Shown in pieces: positions 18,685-29,277 of a DNA stretch of 64,000 nt (the stretch's first letter is position 1; every line of letters begins with the position of its first letter). Made by a program: the position numbers and the translations under genes. The stretch is taken from positions 195,355 to 259,354 of the forward strand of contig DASPLI010000001.1 in the NCBI GenBank assembly GCA_035627655.1. The letters are read 5' to 3'. Below the pieces are notes generated by a model. It worked only from the letters and a program-made list of their open reading frames with translations, was not told the DNA's origin and ran no database searches. The stretch is from Minisyncoccota bacterium (GTDB lineage: Bacteria > Patescibacteriota > Minisyncoccia > Phycocordibacterales > Phycocordibacteraceae).

Positions 18685-18718
18685 CAAAAAGCCCCGCACA
18701 CGCGGGGCTTTTTGTTAG
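18681..18718. terminator. Bidirectional intrinsic terminator
   Basis: Perfect inverted repeat CTAACAAAAAGCCCCGC-acac-GCGGGGCTTTTTGTTAG between convergent genes. Confidence 0.85.
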
Positions 18719-19629
18719 GCTGCCTGCTTTTGCGGACCGCTCTCGCTTCGCCATACCTTCGTCTTTTCAACGATAGCCTGATGAATAGGGTCTTGGCGAT
18801 AGTCGGTGTCGTCTTTTGGATTCTTCCAGCTTTTCTCCGTCATACCAGCAAGCGCCGTCTGATAAATCGGATTGAGGCGTTTGAAGGCAGTTGCATACGC
18901 ATCAGCAAGCACTTCGTTTCCTTGCGATCGGGCAAGTGCTGCAAGCGCCCCGGTCTGCGTAACCAGCTGCTGCAGAATCAGAACGCGGAGTGGATGTTTA
19001 TCCGGCGTTATCGCAAGCTGTTCGCCGCTTTCGGCACGGCGCCAGAGTTGTGCGAGTTCTCGCGCATGATCTACTGACAGGCCGATAATGACGCGCGGTA
19101 CGCCCGTCAGCGCACGCTCTTCTCCGTCTGAGGAAAGGTAGTACTTCACTTTCGCACCCTCTCCGTGGGCAACCTTATCGCCAAGATCGGCAAGCTTTAC
19201 ATGTACCTTGTCGTAGCCGAAGGTTGCATCAATACCCACGCCTACCTGTGAAACCGGTTCATTCTCTTTGAGAATCTCAAGGATAAGGTCGACGCCGTTT
19301 ACAATATCGTCAAAGCGCGATGGCAGGACGGCGCTCGTCTGTTCACCAAGAAGCTTCTTCGTTCGCGTAAGCCACCACAGTCCGACTTCAAACACGCCAG
19401 CGATCGTAGACTCTTCGTTATTGTTCTGCATGGCAAATCGCTGGTCCATGCGCTTTGCGTAATCCGCATCCCGCTTCGCCTCTTCCGGCGGAACGCTTTT
19501 AAACTTTTCCGGATTGACCGCTCGGTGCTGTCGCCAGTAGAGCGCCCGCTGGTGTGCTTCACGGATAAAGCCGGTTGCGGCCCGGTCTGCCTTGTTTTCA
19601 AACTGTCGGAAACCTGGATCGTGTGCCAT
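18715..19629 (-). CDS. Hypothetical protein
   Basis: 304 aa ORF, ATG 7 nt after TATACT; acidic motif SRFDDIVNGVD..GIDAT. Confidence 0.7.
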   Translation of the reverse strand: MAHDPGFRQFENKADRAATGFIREAHQRALYWRQHRAVNPEKFKSVPPEEAKRDADYAKRMDQRFAMQNNNEESTIAGVFEVGLWWLTRTKKLLGEQTSAVLPSRFDDIVNGVDLILEILKENEPVSQVGVGIDATFGYDKVHVKLADLGDKVAHGEGAKVKYYLSSDGEERALTGVPRVIIGLSVDHARELAQLWRRAESGEQLAITPDKHPLRVLILQQLVTQTGALAALARSQGNEVLADAYATAFKRLNPIYQTALAGMTEKSWKNPKDDTDYRQDPIHQAIVEKTKVWRSESGPQKQAA

Positions 19630-19712
19630 GGCACCCAGTATATACCCCGCTGCATCACCTCCCTTTCATAAGAAAAGGAGCTATACTGCCCCTATTCCTA
19701 AAACCGCAAATC

Positions 19713-20306
19713 ATGACCTACACCGCTAAAACCTTTGCACTTCCTGAGCTTAAGGGTCTCTCAAAGAAGCAGATTGACGTGCATCTTGCGCTCTACGAGG
19801 GCTACGTAAAGCACGTAAACCTTATCGTCGATACCATCCAGCGCTTGCGCGAAGAGGACGCTGAAAAGAACGCCTTTACCATCAATGAACTGCGCCGCCG
19901 CATGGGCTTTGAGTTTGATGGCATGCGCATGCATGAGTATTACTTCGAGCAGTTTGAGGGCGGACCATCTATCGCTGACCCGGAAGGATCACTCCGCAAA
20001 GCGGTTACGGAGAAATACGGCGGCTGGGATCAGTTCATCGCGCATATAAAGGAAGTAGCTGGTACGCGCGGCATTGGCTGGGTAGTCGTGTACTTCGACG
20101 TGCGTGGCGCAACGGTACACACGGCGTTCGTAAACGACCATGAGCTTGGACAGCTGTCCGGCCTCCCTATTCTGCTTGCAGTTGATCTGTGGGAGCACGC
20201 CTTTATGGTCGACTACGTTCCTGCCGAAAAGAAAAACTACGTCGAAGCGTTTCTTGAAAACGTGAATTGGACCGTCGTAGACCGCCGCCTCTCGGAAGCC
20301 CTGTAG
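19713..20306 (+). CDS. Fe/Mn superoxide dismutase family protein
   Basis: HLALYEGYV, MHEYYF, GIGWV, DLWEHAF; start at ATG 19713. Confidence 0.9.
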   Translation: MTYTAKTFALPELKGLSKKQIDVHLALYEGYVKHVNLIVDTIQRLREEDAEKNAFTINELRRRMGFEFDGMRMHEYYFEQFEGGPSIADPEGSLRKAVTEKYGGWDQFIAHIKEVAGTRGIGWVVVYFDVRGATVHTAFVNDHELGQLSGLPILLAVDLWEHAFMVDYVPAEKKNYVEAFLENVNWTVVDRRLSEAL

Positions 20307-21724
20307 CACCATACGCCAAGCGCTGCATATAGCGCCCCTACCACCCACAGCGGAAACGCCGGTAGTGCAAATACAGCAAGGGGAAGGTTTGCAGCGGTCG
20401 TTGTGACCATAATGATGTAAGAGAGGAGTGCGTAGGCAGGTAAACCAAACACTGGCGCAAGAAGCGGTACGAGCGCTCCTGCGATAAGTGCAAACAGCGA
20501 AAACAGCATCGCAACCGGCACGACTGGCAAGACGAGTATGTTTGCCGGTAGCGCAACGACTGAAAACAGGCCGTTTTGATAGAGCAGCAACGGCAGCACG
20601 GCGATTTGCGCTGCAATCGTTGAGGAAACGATTTCTCGCAAGAACGCACTCTTGATCCTCTGCAGCCGCTCCTCTACAAGTGGCGCGCCGAATATAAGAC
20701 CTAGCGTCGCAATAAAGGAGAGTTGGAATCCGGGATCAAAAGAAAGCGAGAGCGGGTTCCATACAACCATCAAGAAGCCCGCAAACAACAGCGCGCGAAA
20801 CGCGTTATATGTGCGTCCAGTTGCCCGTGCGTAGAGAGCTATGGCTGCCATGATGCCGGCGCGAACGCTTGCAGCTCCGGCGCCCGCGACCAGTACGAAG
20901 CCGACAATGGTGACCGCGGCAAATCGCACGGCCCATCGCTTTGATACGGACTGAAAGAAACGCAGTACGAATTCCGCCACGATCATGACGTTGTAGCCGG
21001 AGAGTACGACGATATGGACCAGGCCCGAACGAATGAAATCATCCAGGAGCTCGTTCCCGAGCCCCTGCTTCCCACCAAGAATGAGTCCTCCCGCAAGAGC
21101 GGCGGTTGGCTCTGGGAGCGCAGCGCTGAGCGAGGAAAGTCCGTAGCGCTTTACGTCTGAAAAGAAACCAAACACGTGTGCCGCTATACCCGAGCGCCCG
21201 CCTGTCACTTCTACATGGCCCTCTTCTATGAGGGCGAATACTCCCTCTTTTGCGAGAAATTGATCGTATCGAAAAGTCCGTCCCGTCTCTGTAGCAAACG
21301 GTTCGGGGCGCATAAGCATGCCGGCAGCCCGTACCTGTTCCCCGTATCGGACTTCGGGAAACAGTGGCGCAACTACCAGTACCCGCACCCCTTCTGTCTC
21401 CAGTATGAGTCGCTGGGATGATTCCCGTAGGTCAGGATCAGTCACAATCTTCCCTTCAAGCACGACATTTGTTCCGATCCGTTCTGTAAGCACATACGGG
21501 AGTTCGTGTGGCGCGAACGACATACGCACACATCCTATGGCAGCGCCAAGAAGACACACGCCAAGAATAAGGGCGGGCACATTGCGTCTAAACGCATACA
21601 GCGCACTCAATACTGCACCAACAATAATCAGGAACAAGACACCGCTCCACCCGAAGGAGTACACAGAATACAGCGCTACACCAAGCGCAAATCCAAGTAG
21701 GCCGGCGCCTACATATACGTCCAT
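20237..21724 (-). CDS. comEC: ComEC/Rec2 competence DNA-uptake channel
   Basis: SGLVHIVVLSGYNV, SVRAGIMA, DPGFQLSF; ATG 21724 is 6 nt after TACAAT. Confidence 0.92.
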   Translation of the reverse strand: MDVYVGAGLLGFALGVALYSVYSFGWSGVLFLIIVGAVLSALYAFRRNVPALILGVCLLGAAIGCVRMSFAPHELPYVLTERIGTNVVLEGKIVTDPDLRESSQRLILETEGVRVLVVAPLFPEVRYGEQVRAAGMLMRPEPFATETGRTFRYDQFLAKEGVFALIEEGHVEVTGGRSGIAAHVFGFFSDVKRYGLSSLSAALPEPTAALAGGLILGGKQGLGNELLDDFIRSGLVHIVVLSGYNVMIVAEFVLRFFQSVSKRWAVRFAAVTIVGFVLVAGAGAASVRAGIMAAIALYARATGRTYNAFRALLFAGFLMVVWNPLSLSFDPGFQLSFIATLGLIFGAPLVEERLQRIKSAFLREIVSSTIAAQIAVLPLLLYQNGLFSVVALPANILVLPVVPVAMLFSLFALIAGALVPLLAPVFGLPAYALLSYIIMVTTTAANLPLAVFALPAFPLWVVGALYAALGVWCYRASERRRSTTVQFTFSRNAST

Positions 21725-21751
21725 GAAACGATTGTACAAAGAAGAAGCCGC

Positions 21752-22174
21752 TTAGCGGCCTTTATCCATTGCTCGGTTGGCAAGCTCGTCCGCGTCCGCG
21801 TTTCGTTCGCGCGGTACGTGTTCAAACACAACCTGCGAAAATCCGCGCGCAAGGACATTGCGCACCTCAAGATAGCGAGGAATGAGGTTTGGGTGCTTTA
21901 CCTTGTATGCGCCGCGCAGCTGTTCGATTACGAGTTTTGAATCCATGCGCACCGTTACTTTGGCGTGCTTAAAGTATCCGTCCGGGTATGCAGCAAGAAG
22001 CGCCTTGAGTCCGCGAATCACCGCTTCGTATTCCGCGACGTTATTCGTCGTCTCTCCGAGGTAATCTGCCACCTCGACAACGCGCTTGCCGATGGCATCA
22101 AACACCACTGCTCCGGCGCCCGCTGGGCCGGGGTTCCCGCGGGCTCCCCCGTCGGCATAGAGCGTGAAATCCAT
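21752..22174 (-). CDS. rnhA: Ribonuclease HI family protein
   Basis: YADGGARGNPGPAG, TNNVAEY, DSKLV, HVPRERN..AD.LAN. Confidence 0.92.
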   Translation of the reverse strand: MDFTLYADGGARGNPGPAGAGAVVFDAIGKRVVEVADYLGETTNNVAEYEAVIRGLKALLAAYPDGYFKHAKVTVRMDSKLVIEQLRGAYKVKHPNLIPRYLEVRNVLARGFSQVVFEHVPRERNADADELANRAMDKGR

Positions 22175-22241
22175 AGGTCGAGTATAGCAATAAAGAAACA
22201 GCGCCGCGGTACGAACCGCGACGCTGTCATGAAAGAGCGTA

Positions 22242-22694
22242 TTACGCCGACCGACGCGCCTCGTCAATGCGCATCAGAGCTTCGCGCACGTTGCTGACGC
22301 CGATGATTTTGTGTTCGCGCGTCACGAGAAGCTGGCTGTACTTCGAAGGGTCGCCGCCATTCGCGCGAACGTCAATCGCCAGCTGCAGCGTTGAACGCGC
22401 AACCAGGATCTCCGTTAGCGGAAGGATGTTGTCGGCGACGTCCTGCTGGAACGCTTCGTACTGCGACCGCGAATCGGTCGCTTTGACGCGTTCGTGCGCG
22501 TTCAGCACGCATTGGTCCATGGCGGCGATCTGCAGAAGAATTCTGCGGCTCGCCTTGGACAGCGGTGCCAGAACGGCGTCGTCAGGCTTGGTGATCACCA
22601 ATCGATCGTTCGAGATCTCGGTAATCCCTTCTCGTTCCGGTCCTTGTTCGACGAAATCGTCGATGTTGAGACCAACTAACGATGTATAGGACAT
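22242..22694 (-). CDS. Hypothetical protein (SD-led accessory gene)
   Basis: 150 aa ORF preceded by AAGGGAG-taggaa-ATG. Confidence 0.6.
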   Translation of the reverse strand: MSYTSLVGLNIDDFVEQGPEREGITEISNDRLVITKPDDAVLAPLSKASRRILLQIAAMDQCVLNAHERVKATDSRSQYEAFQQDVADNILPLTEILVARSTLQLAIDVRANGGDPSKYSQLLVTREHKIIGVSNVREALMRIDEARRSA

Positions 22695-22756
22695 TTCCTA
22701 CTCCCTTGGGAACCTCACAGCGAGGTTACGCGAATATAGCACGAAATGTGGGATGA

Positions 22757-24469
22757 TCAATGAATCGCGACCAGTCGAAGCCGGACCGGGCGGCCGCGGG
22801 TAAATTGGTCTCGTTCAAGATACGCAAGTATGTTCACCAGCTTCCCCGCTGCCAGAGATTTCACTGACGGACCGAGCTCCCGTTTAGCGTAAAACGAAAT
22901 TGCGTCCAAGGAATCAAATCCGTCAGTAGTGAGGGTGAGTTTGATATGCTCCTCCGCTTTCCCAAACCAAGCGACATTAGAAAGTCGCACACCGCGAAGC
23001 GCAAAGACAGGCTTCTCATTTCCCATCCCGAATGGCGCTAGTCGCGAAAGTCGCTTCAAGAGCTCGTTCGTTGCTTCTGTCGTCGAGAGCTCAGCGTCCG
23101 CGCGGGTTTCTTCGATCGGGCTCCTTTCGGGAAGTGATGCATACGCTGCGCAGAGCCGTTCTTCGAGCGTAAATACTGCTTCGTCTATAAGAGTAAATCC
23201 ACCAGACGCTCGATGGCCGCCAAATTGCACGAACGTTTCATTAGCGCGCTCCATAAGCTCGATCACCGACACGTGAGGTACGCCCGCCCGGCAGGATCCT
23301 TTCAACGTCATGCCGCCTTCTCTTCCCCAAAGAAACACCGGACGTTCGAACTCTTCGGCGAGCGTGTTTGCCACGAGTCCCAAGAGTCCAGGACGCCAAT
23401 CAGGATCTCCAAGCGCAATAACGGCAGGCAGTTCACCTCGCTCGGCGATACGTTCGTGTGCTGCTCTCGTGATGGCTGCTGCCGTTGCTCGTCGCGACCG
23501 GTTGGCTTTTTCGAGTTCCTTTGCGAGCGTTTCTGCGCGCGTCTCGCTGTCAGTCGTAAACAGCTCGAATGCGTCTCGCGGATTCCCCATCCTGCTTGCT
23601 GCGTTCACGCGCGGCGCAAGCATAAAGCCAACATCTTCTTCGGTAATGAACCGTTGATTTACGCGCGCAACTTTTGCAAGCATCTGCAGGCCTAGGCGGG
23701 GCGATTTTCGCATGACCAGGAGACCGTATTTTGCGATGACGCGATTCTCTCCGATGAGAGGCACCATGTCGGCGATCGTCGCGAACCCTGCCATATCAAG
23801 CAGCCACTTCTCCCAACCAAGCGGGATATCGTCACGTCCAGCAAAACCGTGGGCGAGTACGCCGCACACCAGCTTCCACGCCAGTCCGGCACCGCAAAAC
23901 TCCTTAAAGGGATAGGTTTCTTCAGTGCGCGCCTTGGGGTCGATGATTGCGTAGGCATTTGGAAGCATCTCCCCTGGCAAGTGATGATCCGTTACGATGA
24001 CATCGATGCCGAGCTCGGTCGCGCGAGCAATTGCCTCATTATCGGTAATGCCGCAGTCGACGGTGATGAGAAGCGTCGTCCCTTCATAGGCAAGTTTCTC
24101 GACACCAGATACGTTCACACCAAACCCCTCCTCATGCCGGTGCGGAATGTAGTTGGTGAAGTTTGCTCCTGTCTTTTGTAGAAAATCGTGAAGAATCACG
24201 CCGCCAGGGATACCGTCACAGTCATAATCGCTCCACACGGTGATTCGCTCGTTTGATTCAATCGCTCGTGCGATACGCGCTGCCGCTTTCGGCATATCAA
24301 GTATCTGCAGTGGGTCACCCACATGGTCGTCGTACGAAGGATCAAGAAATGCCGCAGCCTGTTCCCGCGAGGTAATGCCTCTGCGGGCAAGCAGCGCTGC
24401 CGTCAGGTCGTCAAATTCACGCAACGCTTCGCGCACGTTAGGATCGATCGGTTCATGGAGGAGAAACAT
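22757..24469 (-). CDS. recJ: Single-stranded DNA exonuclease RecJ
   Basis: DYDCDG, TVDCG, TDHH, GSCR, GGH; start ATG 24469, 8 nt after TACAAT. Confidence 0.95.
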   Translation of the reverse strand: MFLLHEPIDPNVREALREFDDLTAALLARRGITSREQAAAFLDPSYDDHVGDPLQILDMPKAAARIARAIESNERITVWSDYDCDGIPGGVILHDFLQKTGANFTNYIPHRHEEGFGVNVSGVEKLAYEGTTLLITVDCGITDNEAIARATELGIDVIVTDHHLPGEMLPNAYAIIDPKARTEETYPFKEFCGAGLAWKLVCGVLAHGFAGRDDIPLGWEKWLLDMAGFATIADMVPLIGENRVIAKYGLLVMRKSPRLGLQMLAKVARVNQRFITEEDVGFMLAPRVNAASRMGNPRDAFELFTTDSETRAETLAKELEKANRSRRATAAAITRAAHERIAERGELPAVIALGDPDWRPGLLGLVANTLAEEFERPVFLWGREGGMTLKGSCRAGVPHVSVIELMERANETFVQFGGHRASGGFTLIDEAVFTLEERLCAAYASLPERSPIEETRADAELSTTEATNELLKRLSRLAPFGMGNEKPVFALRGVRLSNVAWFGKAEEHIKLTLTTDGFDSLDAISFYAKRELGPSVKSLAAGKLVNILAYLERDQFTRGRPVRLRLVAIH

Positions 24470-24507
24470 GTCTGGCGATTGTAACAAAAATCGGTATCCT
24501 TGCCTGT

Positions 24508-24897
24508 ATGGTAGACACTATTTTCACGAAAATTATCAAACGTGAGCTTCCCGCGGAGATTCTGTATGAAGATGAAGAGATCATCGCGATACTGAACCGC
24601 TTCCCTAACATGGAGGGAGAAACACTCGTCATAACAAAAGAACAAATCGACTACCTATTTGATTTAGACGACGAGCTGTATGCCAAGCTCATGCTCGTGA
24701 CGAAGAAGGTTGCAAAGGCGCTTGATGCCACGTTCAAGCCGATTCGCACCTGTATTGTGATTGAAGGTCTTGAGGTCCCCCACGTACACGTGCGTCTCTA
24801 TCCGCTGGTCCAGGGTCCGCTCACCATTCACTCAGGCCCTATGAAGACCGACGACGAACTGAAAGCGGTTGCTGACCGCATTCGCCCGAATCTCTAG
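24508..24897 (+). CDS. HIT family hydrolase
   Basis: TIFTKII..ELP; EVPHVHVRLYP (third His of the HIT motif replaced by Arg). Confidence 0.85.
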   Translation: MVDTIFTKIIKRELPAEILYEDEEIIAILNRFPNMEGETLVITKEQIDYLFDLDDELYAKLMLVTKKVAKALDATFKPIRTCIVIEGLEVPHVHVRLYPLVQGPLTIHSGPMKTDDELKAVADRIRPNL

Positions 24898-26027
24898 GAG
24901 AGCACCTCAAGCCCGGGCAGTGTGCCGTAGGAGAGGTAGTCAAGCATGGCACCGCCGCCAGTCGACAAGAACGCGCGTTCACCGGCAAACCCGAAGTCAG
25001 AGAGCGCGGCAACCGTATCTCCTCCGCCAATGACGGAGCGAGCGTTCGATGCAGTAAGCGCGCGTGAAAGGGTGCGTGTTGCGTCAGTAAAACCGTCTTC
25101 GTATTTCCCAAGCGGACCATTCCACAGCACCGTCTTGGCTTTCATAATGAGATCTACCAGTGCCTCGGTTGTGTGCGGTCCAACATCGAGCACCATTTCA
25201 TCCGTCTGAATACCATCCGGCTTTGCTTCGCGGGCCTGGTCACGCTTCTCTCCCCGTTTTGCAACGACTACGTCAACGGGCGTCAGCAGTTTTGGACTTC
25301 TGAGCAGTTCCTTGATTGCCGGGTTTTGATCGTGCGAGGTAAGCGAAGCGCCGACGGCATAGCCTCGTGCTTTGAGAAAATCGTTTGCAAGCGCACCACC
25401 AACAAATACGTGATCGTACAACTCCAATAGACGGCGCAGCACCGGCTCTTTCGTTGAAAACTTCGCGCCGCCGATGATTGCCAGCGAAGGATCTTTCGGG
25501 GAAAGCGCTTGTGAGAGGTGTGCAATCTCTGCCTCGAGCGTTAGGCCGGCATACGATGGCAGCAGTGCCGGCACGCCAACGACGGAGGCATGTTCTCGGT
25601 GGCAGACATCAAACGAGTCCTGAACAAATACATCGGCAAGCATAGCGAGTTCTTTTGCAAATTCGGGATCGTTTGCTTCCTCGCCGCGGTTTCGGCGTAG
25701 GTTTTCAAGCATAAGCACGCCGCCGGGCGGTAGTTCTCGTATTGCGGCACGCGCCTGTGCTCCAACGGAAACAGGACACCAGACAAGGTTTGGGATCCAC
25801 TCGCGCATCGCCTCGTACATGGGCGCAAGCGTTTCCGTACCGGTACCCGTGATGTGGCTTATGAGAATGACGCGCGCGTATCGTTCTTTCAGAAACTGAA
25901 TCGTTGGAAGTGCGCTTTGCAACCGGAAGGTGTCGGACACCTTCCCTGCCTGCACAGGAACATTGAGCGAGGTGCGTACGAGCACCGGAATATTCTCAAG
26001 AATTTCAATGTCGTGAATTCCACGCAT
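24894..26027 (-). CDS. pgk: Phosphoglycerate kinase
   Basis: LNVP, MLENLR, IGGAK, WNGPLG, GGGDT, STGGGA. Confidence 0.95.
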   Translation of the reverse strand: MRGIHDIEILENIPVLVRTSLNVPVQAGKVSDTFRLQSALPTIQFLKERYARVILISHITGTGTETLAPMYEAMREWIPNLVWCPVSVGAQARAAIRELPPGGVLMLENLRRNRGEEANDPEFAKELAMLADVFVQDSFDVCHREHASVVGVPALLPSYAGLTLEAEIAHLSQALSPKDPSLAIIGGAKFSTKEPVLRRLLELYDHVFVGGALANDFLKARGYAVGASLTSHDQNPAIKELLRSPKLLTPVDVVVAKRGEKRDQAREAKPDGIQTDEMVLDVGPHTTEALVDLIMKAKTVLWNGPLGKYEDGFTDATRTLSRALTASNARSVIGGGDTVAALSDFGFAGERAFLSTGGGAMLDYLSYGTLPGLEVLS

Positions 26028-26030
26028 GCG

Positions 26031-26774
26031 TTAGGCAAGCGCTTTGACGAGTGCGGGAAACATTCCCGGATCGACGCTTGCATGTCCTACCAAAAACCCG
26101 TCAACACCGCTGCCGCCAGCAAGGCCGCGGATATTTGCTGGCTCTACCGCCGCGCCATAGAGGATCGTTGCCTTGGTTGCAGACTTTCCTGGCAAGTACT
26201 CGCTCAATACTTTTCGTATATAGAGCACCATTTCTGCAAGGTCCTGCGAGCTGATCGCGCTTTCCGCATGCTTGCCGATTGCCCAAACCGGTTCATACGC
26301 GATTACAACACCAAGGCGTTCCTTCGGAGAGAGTGTTGAGAACACGCTCGTGAGCTGCTGCTTGAGTTCCCCAAGATACTGCGCGTCTTCATCCCGCTGT
26401 TTTTCACCAATACACAGAATAGGAATGAGGCCGTTTACGAGTGCACGTTTTATTTTTTCCGCGACAACAGTGTCCGTCTCCCCTTTCGCGCGGCGTTCTG
26501 AGTGACCGACAAGCACATACGTAGCTCCAATATTACGAAGCGCTGCTCCGGTTACTTCGCCGGTTGCGTTTCCAACCGTCGTGTCAGAAATGTCTTGTGC
26601 GGCAAACAGTACGCGGGAGCGGTTTCCTGGCGCAAGCATGCCGAGGTACGGAGCTGGCGGTGCAAGCACGATACGGACGCGTCGTGTAGAGGAGAGGCGT
26701 TTGGCGGTTGCAAGTAACTTCTTCGCTTCTTCTCGACTCTCTACGTACGCTTTCCAGTTAGCAACAATGAGCAT
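26031..26774 (-). CDS. tpiA: Triosephosphate isomerase
   Basis: ANWK, TGEV, GHSERR, AYEPVWAIG; start probably MLIVANWK, 7 nt after TATCAT. Confidence 0.95.
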   Translation of the reverse strand: MLIVANWKAYVESREEAKKLLATAKRLSSTRRVRIVLAPPAPYLGMLAPGNRSRVLFAAQDISDTTVGNATGEVTGAALRNIGATYVLVGHSERRAKGETDTVVAEKIKRALVNGLIPILCIGEKQRDEDAQYLGELKQQLTSVFSTLSPKERLGVVIAYEPVWAIGKHAESAISSQDLAEMVLYIRKVLSEYLPGKSATKATILYGAAVEPANIRGLAGGSGVDGFLVGHASVDPGMFPALVKALA

Positions 26775-26869
26775 AGGCTCCATGATACCAGGTGCGTGAG
26801 AGTCGCAATTGACATATATATGTAAATATGTTTATATATATGCAGGACCGGCAACAGTAAGGAGGCCCT

Positions 26870-27199
26870 ATGTCGGCTGATACTCGTATCGTGATCATCA
26901 AACAGGTGGCCGGGGGCGCCTTCGCGGGTGTCCTGCAGGCGACGGAATGCCTCGTCGACGACGAGCAGACCGCACGTGCGCACTACGCGCGCCACCACAT
27001 CGATCACGCGTTTGAAACGCTTCCCGATGGACCCGTCATCGGTCTCGTGCGCTACGCCTCGTTTGAGGCGGCGCTCGAAGCCATTCCTCAGATTGAGGAG
27101 TGGTACAACCGTAGCGGGTACATCGAGTACGAGAATCCGCTCGTCGTCGAGTGGAACGGAGAGGATGTGCGCAAGCTATCCCCTACCTCGTACAGCTAA
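26870..27199 (+). CDS. Hypothetical protein (SD-led accessory gene)
   Basis: TAAGGAGG SD, upstream TTGACA and AT-rich tract, downstream hairpin at about 27209-27238. Confidence 0.7.
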   Translation: MSADTRIVIIKQVAGGAFAGVLQATECLVDDEQTARAHYARHHIDHAFETLPDGPVIGLVRYASFEAALEAIPQIEEWYNRSGYIEYENPLVVEWNGEDVRKLSPTSYS

Positions 27200-27240
27200 G
27201 TTCTACTGCTGCCGGCGCCTCTTGCGCCGGCAGTTTTACG

Positions 27241-28686
27241 TTACTCCTCCCGCCAATCGACGAATTGGTATTCAGTCGAGACGAGCGGTGTGAACGGCGG
27301 CGGGTCCGTTGCCATTTTTCGATCGTACGAGTCGACGCGGGTTTGGAATCCGGCGTCCTGTCCTCCCCCGCAACCGTTGACCCACTTGGTACCTGTTCGC
27401 TTATTTGAAACAGTGGTGCCGAGAATCGTCAAAGATGTTTTCGGCTCATATGTTGCGTGGCAGTCACTTCGAGAGTTATTGAGATACAGGTTTCGACCAA
27501 AGGCGCCGCCCTGTGCGATGAAGATGCCGTTGACGGTCATGTTGGTTGGCGCATCCGGTACGACAAGGACATTGTTTTCTGCGATCAGCGTCAGGCCGTC
27601 TGTGCCGTCATAAGCGCCGTAGGTAATGTTGTCAGCGAGGTACGCGTTTGGCGCAATGTTGGCGTTTACTACGTTTGCGGCGACTACCGTTACTTTTTGT
27701 GGGATGGTTCCCTCGATCCAAACATTGTCTTCGACGAAGATGAGTCCGCAGGAAGCGGGAATGGTTCGGGTTTCGTAGGTTGATTCGTTGCTAATAAGGG
27801 TGCGGTCGGTAGTTGCATCTGCTGAGTTGATGGGCACTACCTGCAGCTGGGTTGTTGCAGAGACGCGACGTACGGTAACAGTTCCATTTGCGTTGAAAAT
27901 GAGGTGGTAGCCGCGCCAGTATGCCGGGTCTCCCTGTCCGTTTGTTGTGCTGTAGCGAGGGTAGTAGACGCCGTGTGTTTGCGCGGTCGACTTGAGCGTT
28001 CCGAAGTCGGCGGATATCGCAGAGAAGTCCACCTGCGGTACCGGATATGACCAGAGATCTTGGTTTGGTCCGTTCCCCAGCACGCCTGGTGCGTTGTTCT
28101 GTGTCGGGCTGCAGCCGTAACTGCTGGTGCAGCTCCAGGTTGCAAGCGAGCTGGTTACCGGCGAGTTTGCCGTTCCATCCATGCGCACGCCGCCGTTTGA
28201 GTGATACGGGCCGAGGATCACGCGGTCTGCGCCTGCCCATACCGAGTCATTCAAAATATACGAGAAGCTTCCGACGGATGGACGGGCGTACCTTGCGGTC
28301 AGTGTACGCGAGACGGAGGGCGCATCTGCCGGAGAACCCGTTGACTCAATATCAATCGAACTGAACTGACCGCAGGCCATGTTCCCTTCGATGTTGAGTG
28401 TGATGGTTCCTGCAGTGCCCGTTTCTGGGTCGTCATAGGAGATGGTGTACGGACCAGGAGCACCCGTTCCGTGCTGCAAGTCGTTTGGGTAGTGTGCGAG
28501 GAACCAGTGATAGTACTCAAGACCTGCCTCTGCAAGCGAGAATGCCTGCGCAAGCGAGGCATTTCGGGACTGGAGCTTGTTTTCTGAAAGTACAAAAAAC
28601 GAAAGTCCGCCGAGAATGGTCAGAAAGGCCGCTCCGAATACGAGCGCAAGAAGCATGAGGTAGCCGCGGTGTGGATGAGGGTTCAT
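27241..28686 (-). CDS. PilX-like minor pilin / pilus assembly protein
   Basis: RGYLMLLALVF, A.SLAEAGLEY, C-terminal WRE. Confidence 0.8.
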   Translation of the reverse strand: MNPHPHRGYLMLLALVFGAAFLTILGGLSFFVLSENKLQSRNASLAQAFSLAEAGLEYYHWFLAHYPNDLQHGTGAPGPYTISYDDPETGTAGTITLNIEGNMACGQFSSIDIESTGSPADAPSVSRTLTARYARPSVGSFSYILNDSVWAGADRVILGPYHSNGGVRMDGTANSPVTSSLATWSCTSSYGCSPTQNNAPGVLGNGPNQDLWSYPVPQVDFSAISADFGTLKSTAQTHGVYYPRYSTTNGQGDPAYWRGYHLIFNANGTVTVRRVSATTQLQVVPINSADATTDRTLISNESTYETRTIPASCGLIFVEDNVWIEGTIPQKVTVVAANVVNANIAPNAYLADNITYGAYDGTDGLTLIAENNVLVVPDAPTNMTVNGIFIAQGGAFGRNLYLNNSRSDCHATYEPKTSLTILGTTVSNKRTGTKWVNGCGGGQDAGFQTRVDSYDRKMATDPPPFTPLVSTEYQFVDWREE

Positions 28687-29273
28687 TGGTCGAGAAGGTT
28701 GCGAAGCGTTGCGCTACCGATCATGGTCACGACGTTTGGCGCTCGATTTGGGTTGAGGTCCACCATGAGCGTGACCGCGACGGATGCAATCTCAGAGATG
28801 TCCGGCGAGGTTGTGGCAAGCTGCGTTCCTGTACCGTCATAGTACTTGAAGAGCGGCGTCGTCGACGCGTTACGCACATACGTTGCAATCGTGGTCGTTG
28901 CTGAGGTTTGTCCGCTATACGACGGCGGATTCCCGCCCGCGTTCGTAACCACCTTATAGAAGGTGCCGTTGTAGATCCACAATTTTATCCGCTCGATACC
29001 GCCGTCTTTGTCGGTATCTGAATAGAGTGTAATGCTTGATGTTGCTGCGGTTGCGATCGGATAATTGCCGTCGTCCGCGTATGAGGCTTCGCGTATGTCT
29101 CGCAGTGCAGTTTGCAAACCCCGCTGCGCGCTGTCGACGGATGTCGTGGCTTCAAATACGTAGGCATTTGAACGATAAAAGTCGCGGATGATGAATAGCA
29201 GTGTTCCTGAGACCGCGCCCAAGATGGCGATCACCACCACCATTTCCATCATCGTAAAGCCGCGCATCTTCAT
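28683..29273 (-). CDS. Type IV prepilin-like protein
   Basis: Class III signal RG/FTMMEMVVVIAI. Confidence 0.88.
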   Translation of the reverse strand: MKMRGFTMMEMVVVIAILGAVSGTLLFIIRDFYRSNAYVFEATTSVDSAQRGLQTALRDIREASYADDGNYPIATAATSSITLYSDTDKDGGIERIKLWIYNGTFYKVVTNAGGNPPSYSGQTSATTTIATYVRNASTTPLFKYYDGTGTQLATTSPDISEIASVAVTLMVDLNPNRAPNVVTMIGSATLRNLLDQ

Positions 29274-29277
29274 ATCG

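Noticed and set aside
20237-20306. 70 bp convergent overlap of sod and comEC
   Set aside because: Short 3' overlaps are common in compact genomes; no evidence of a special function.
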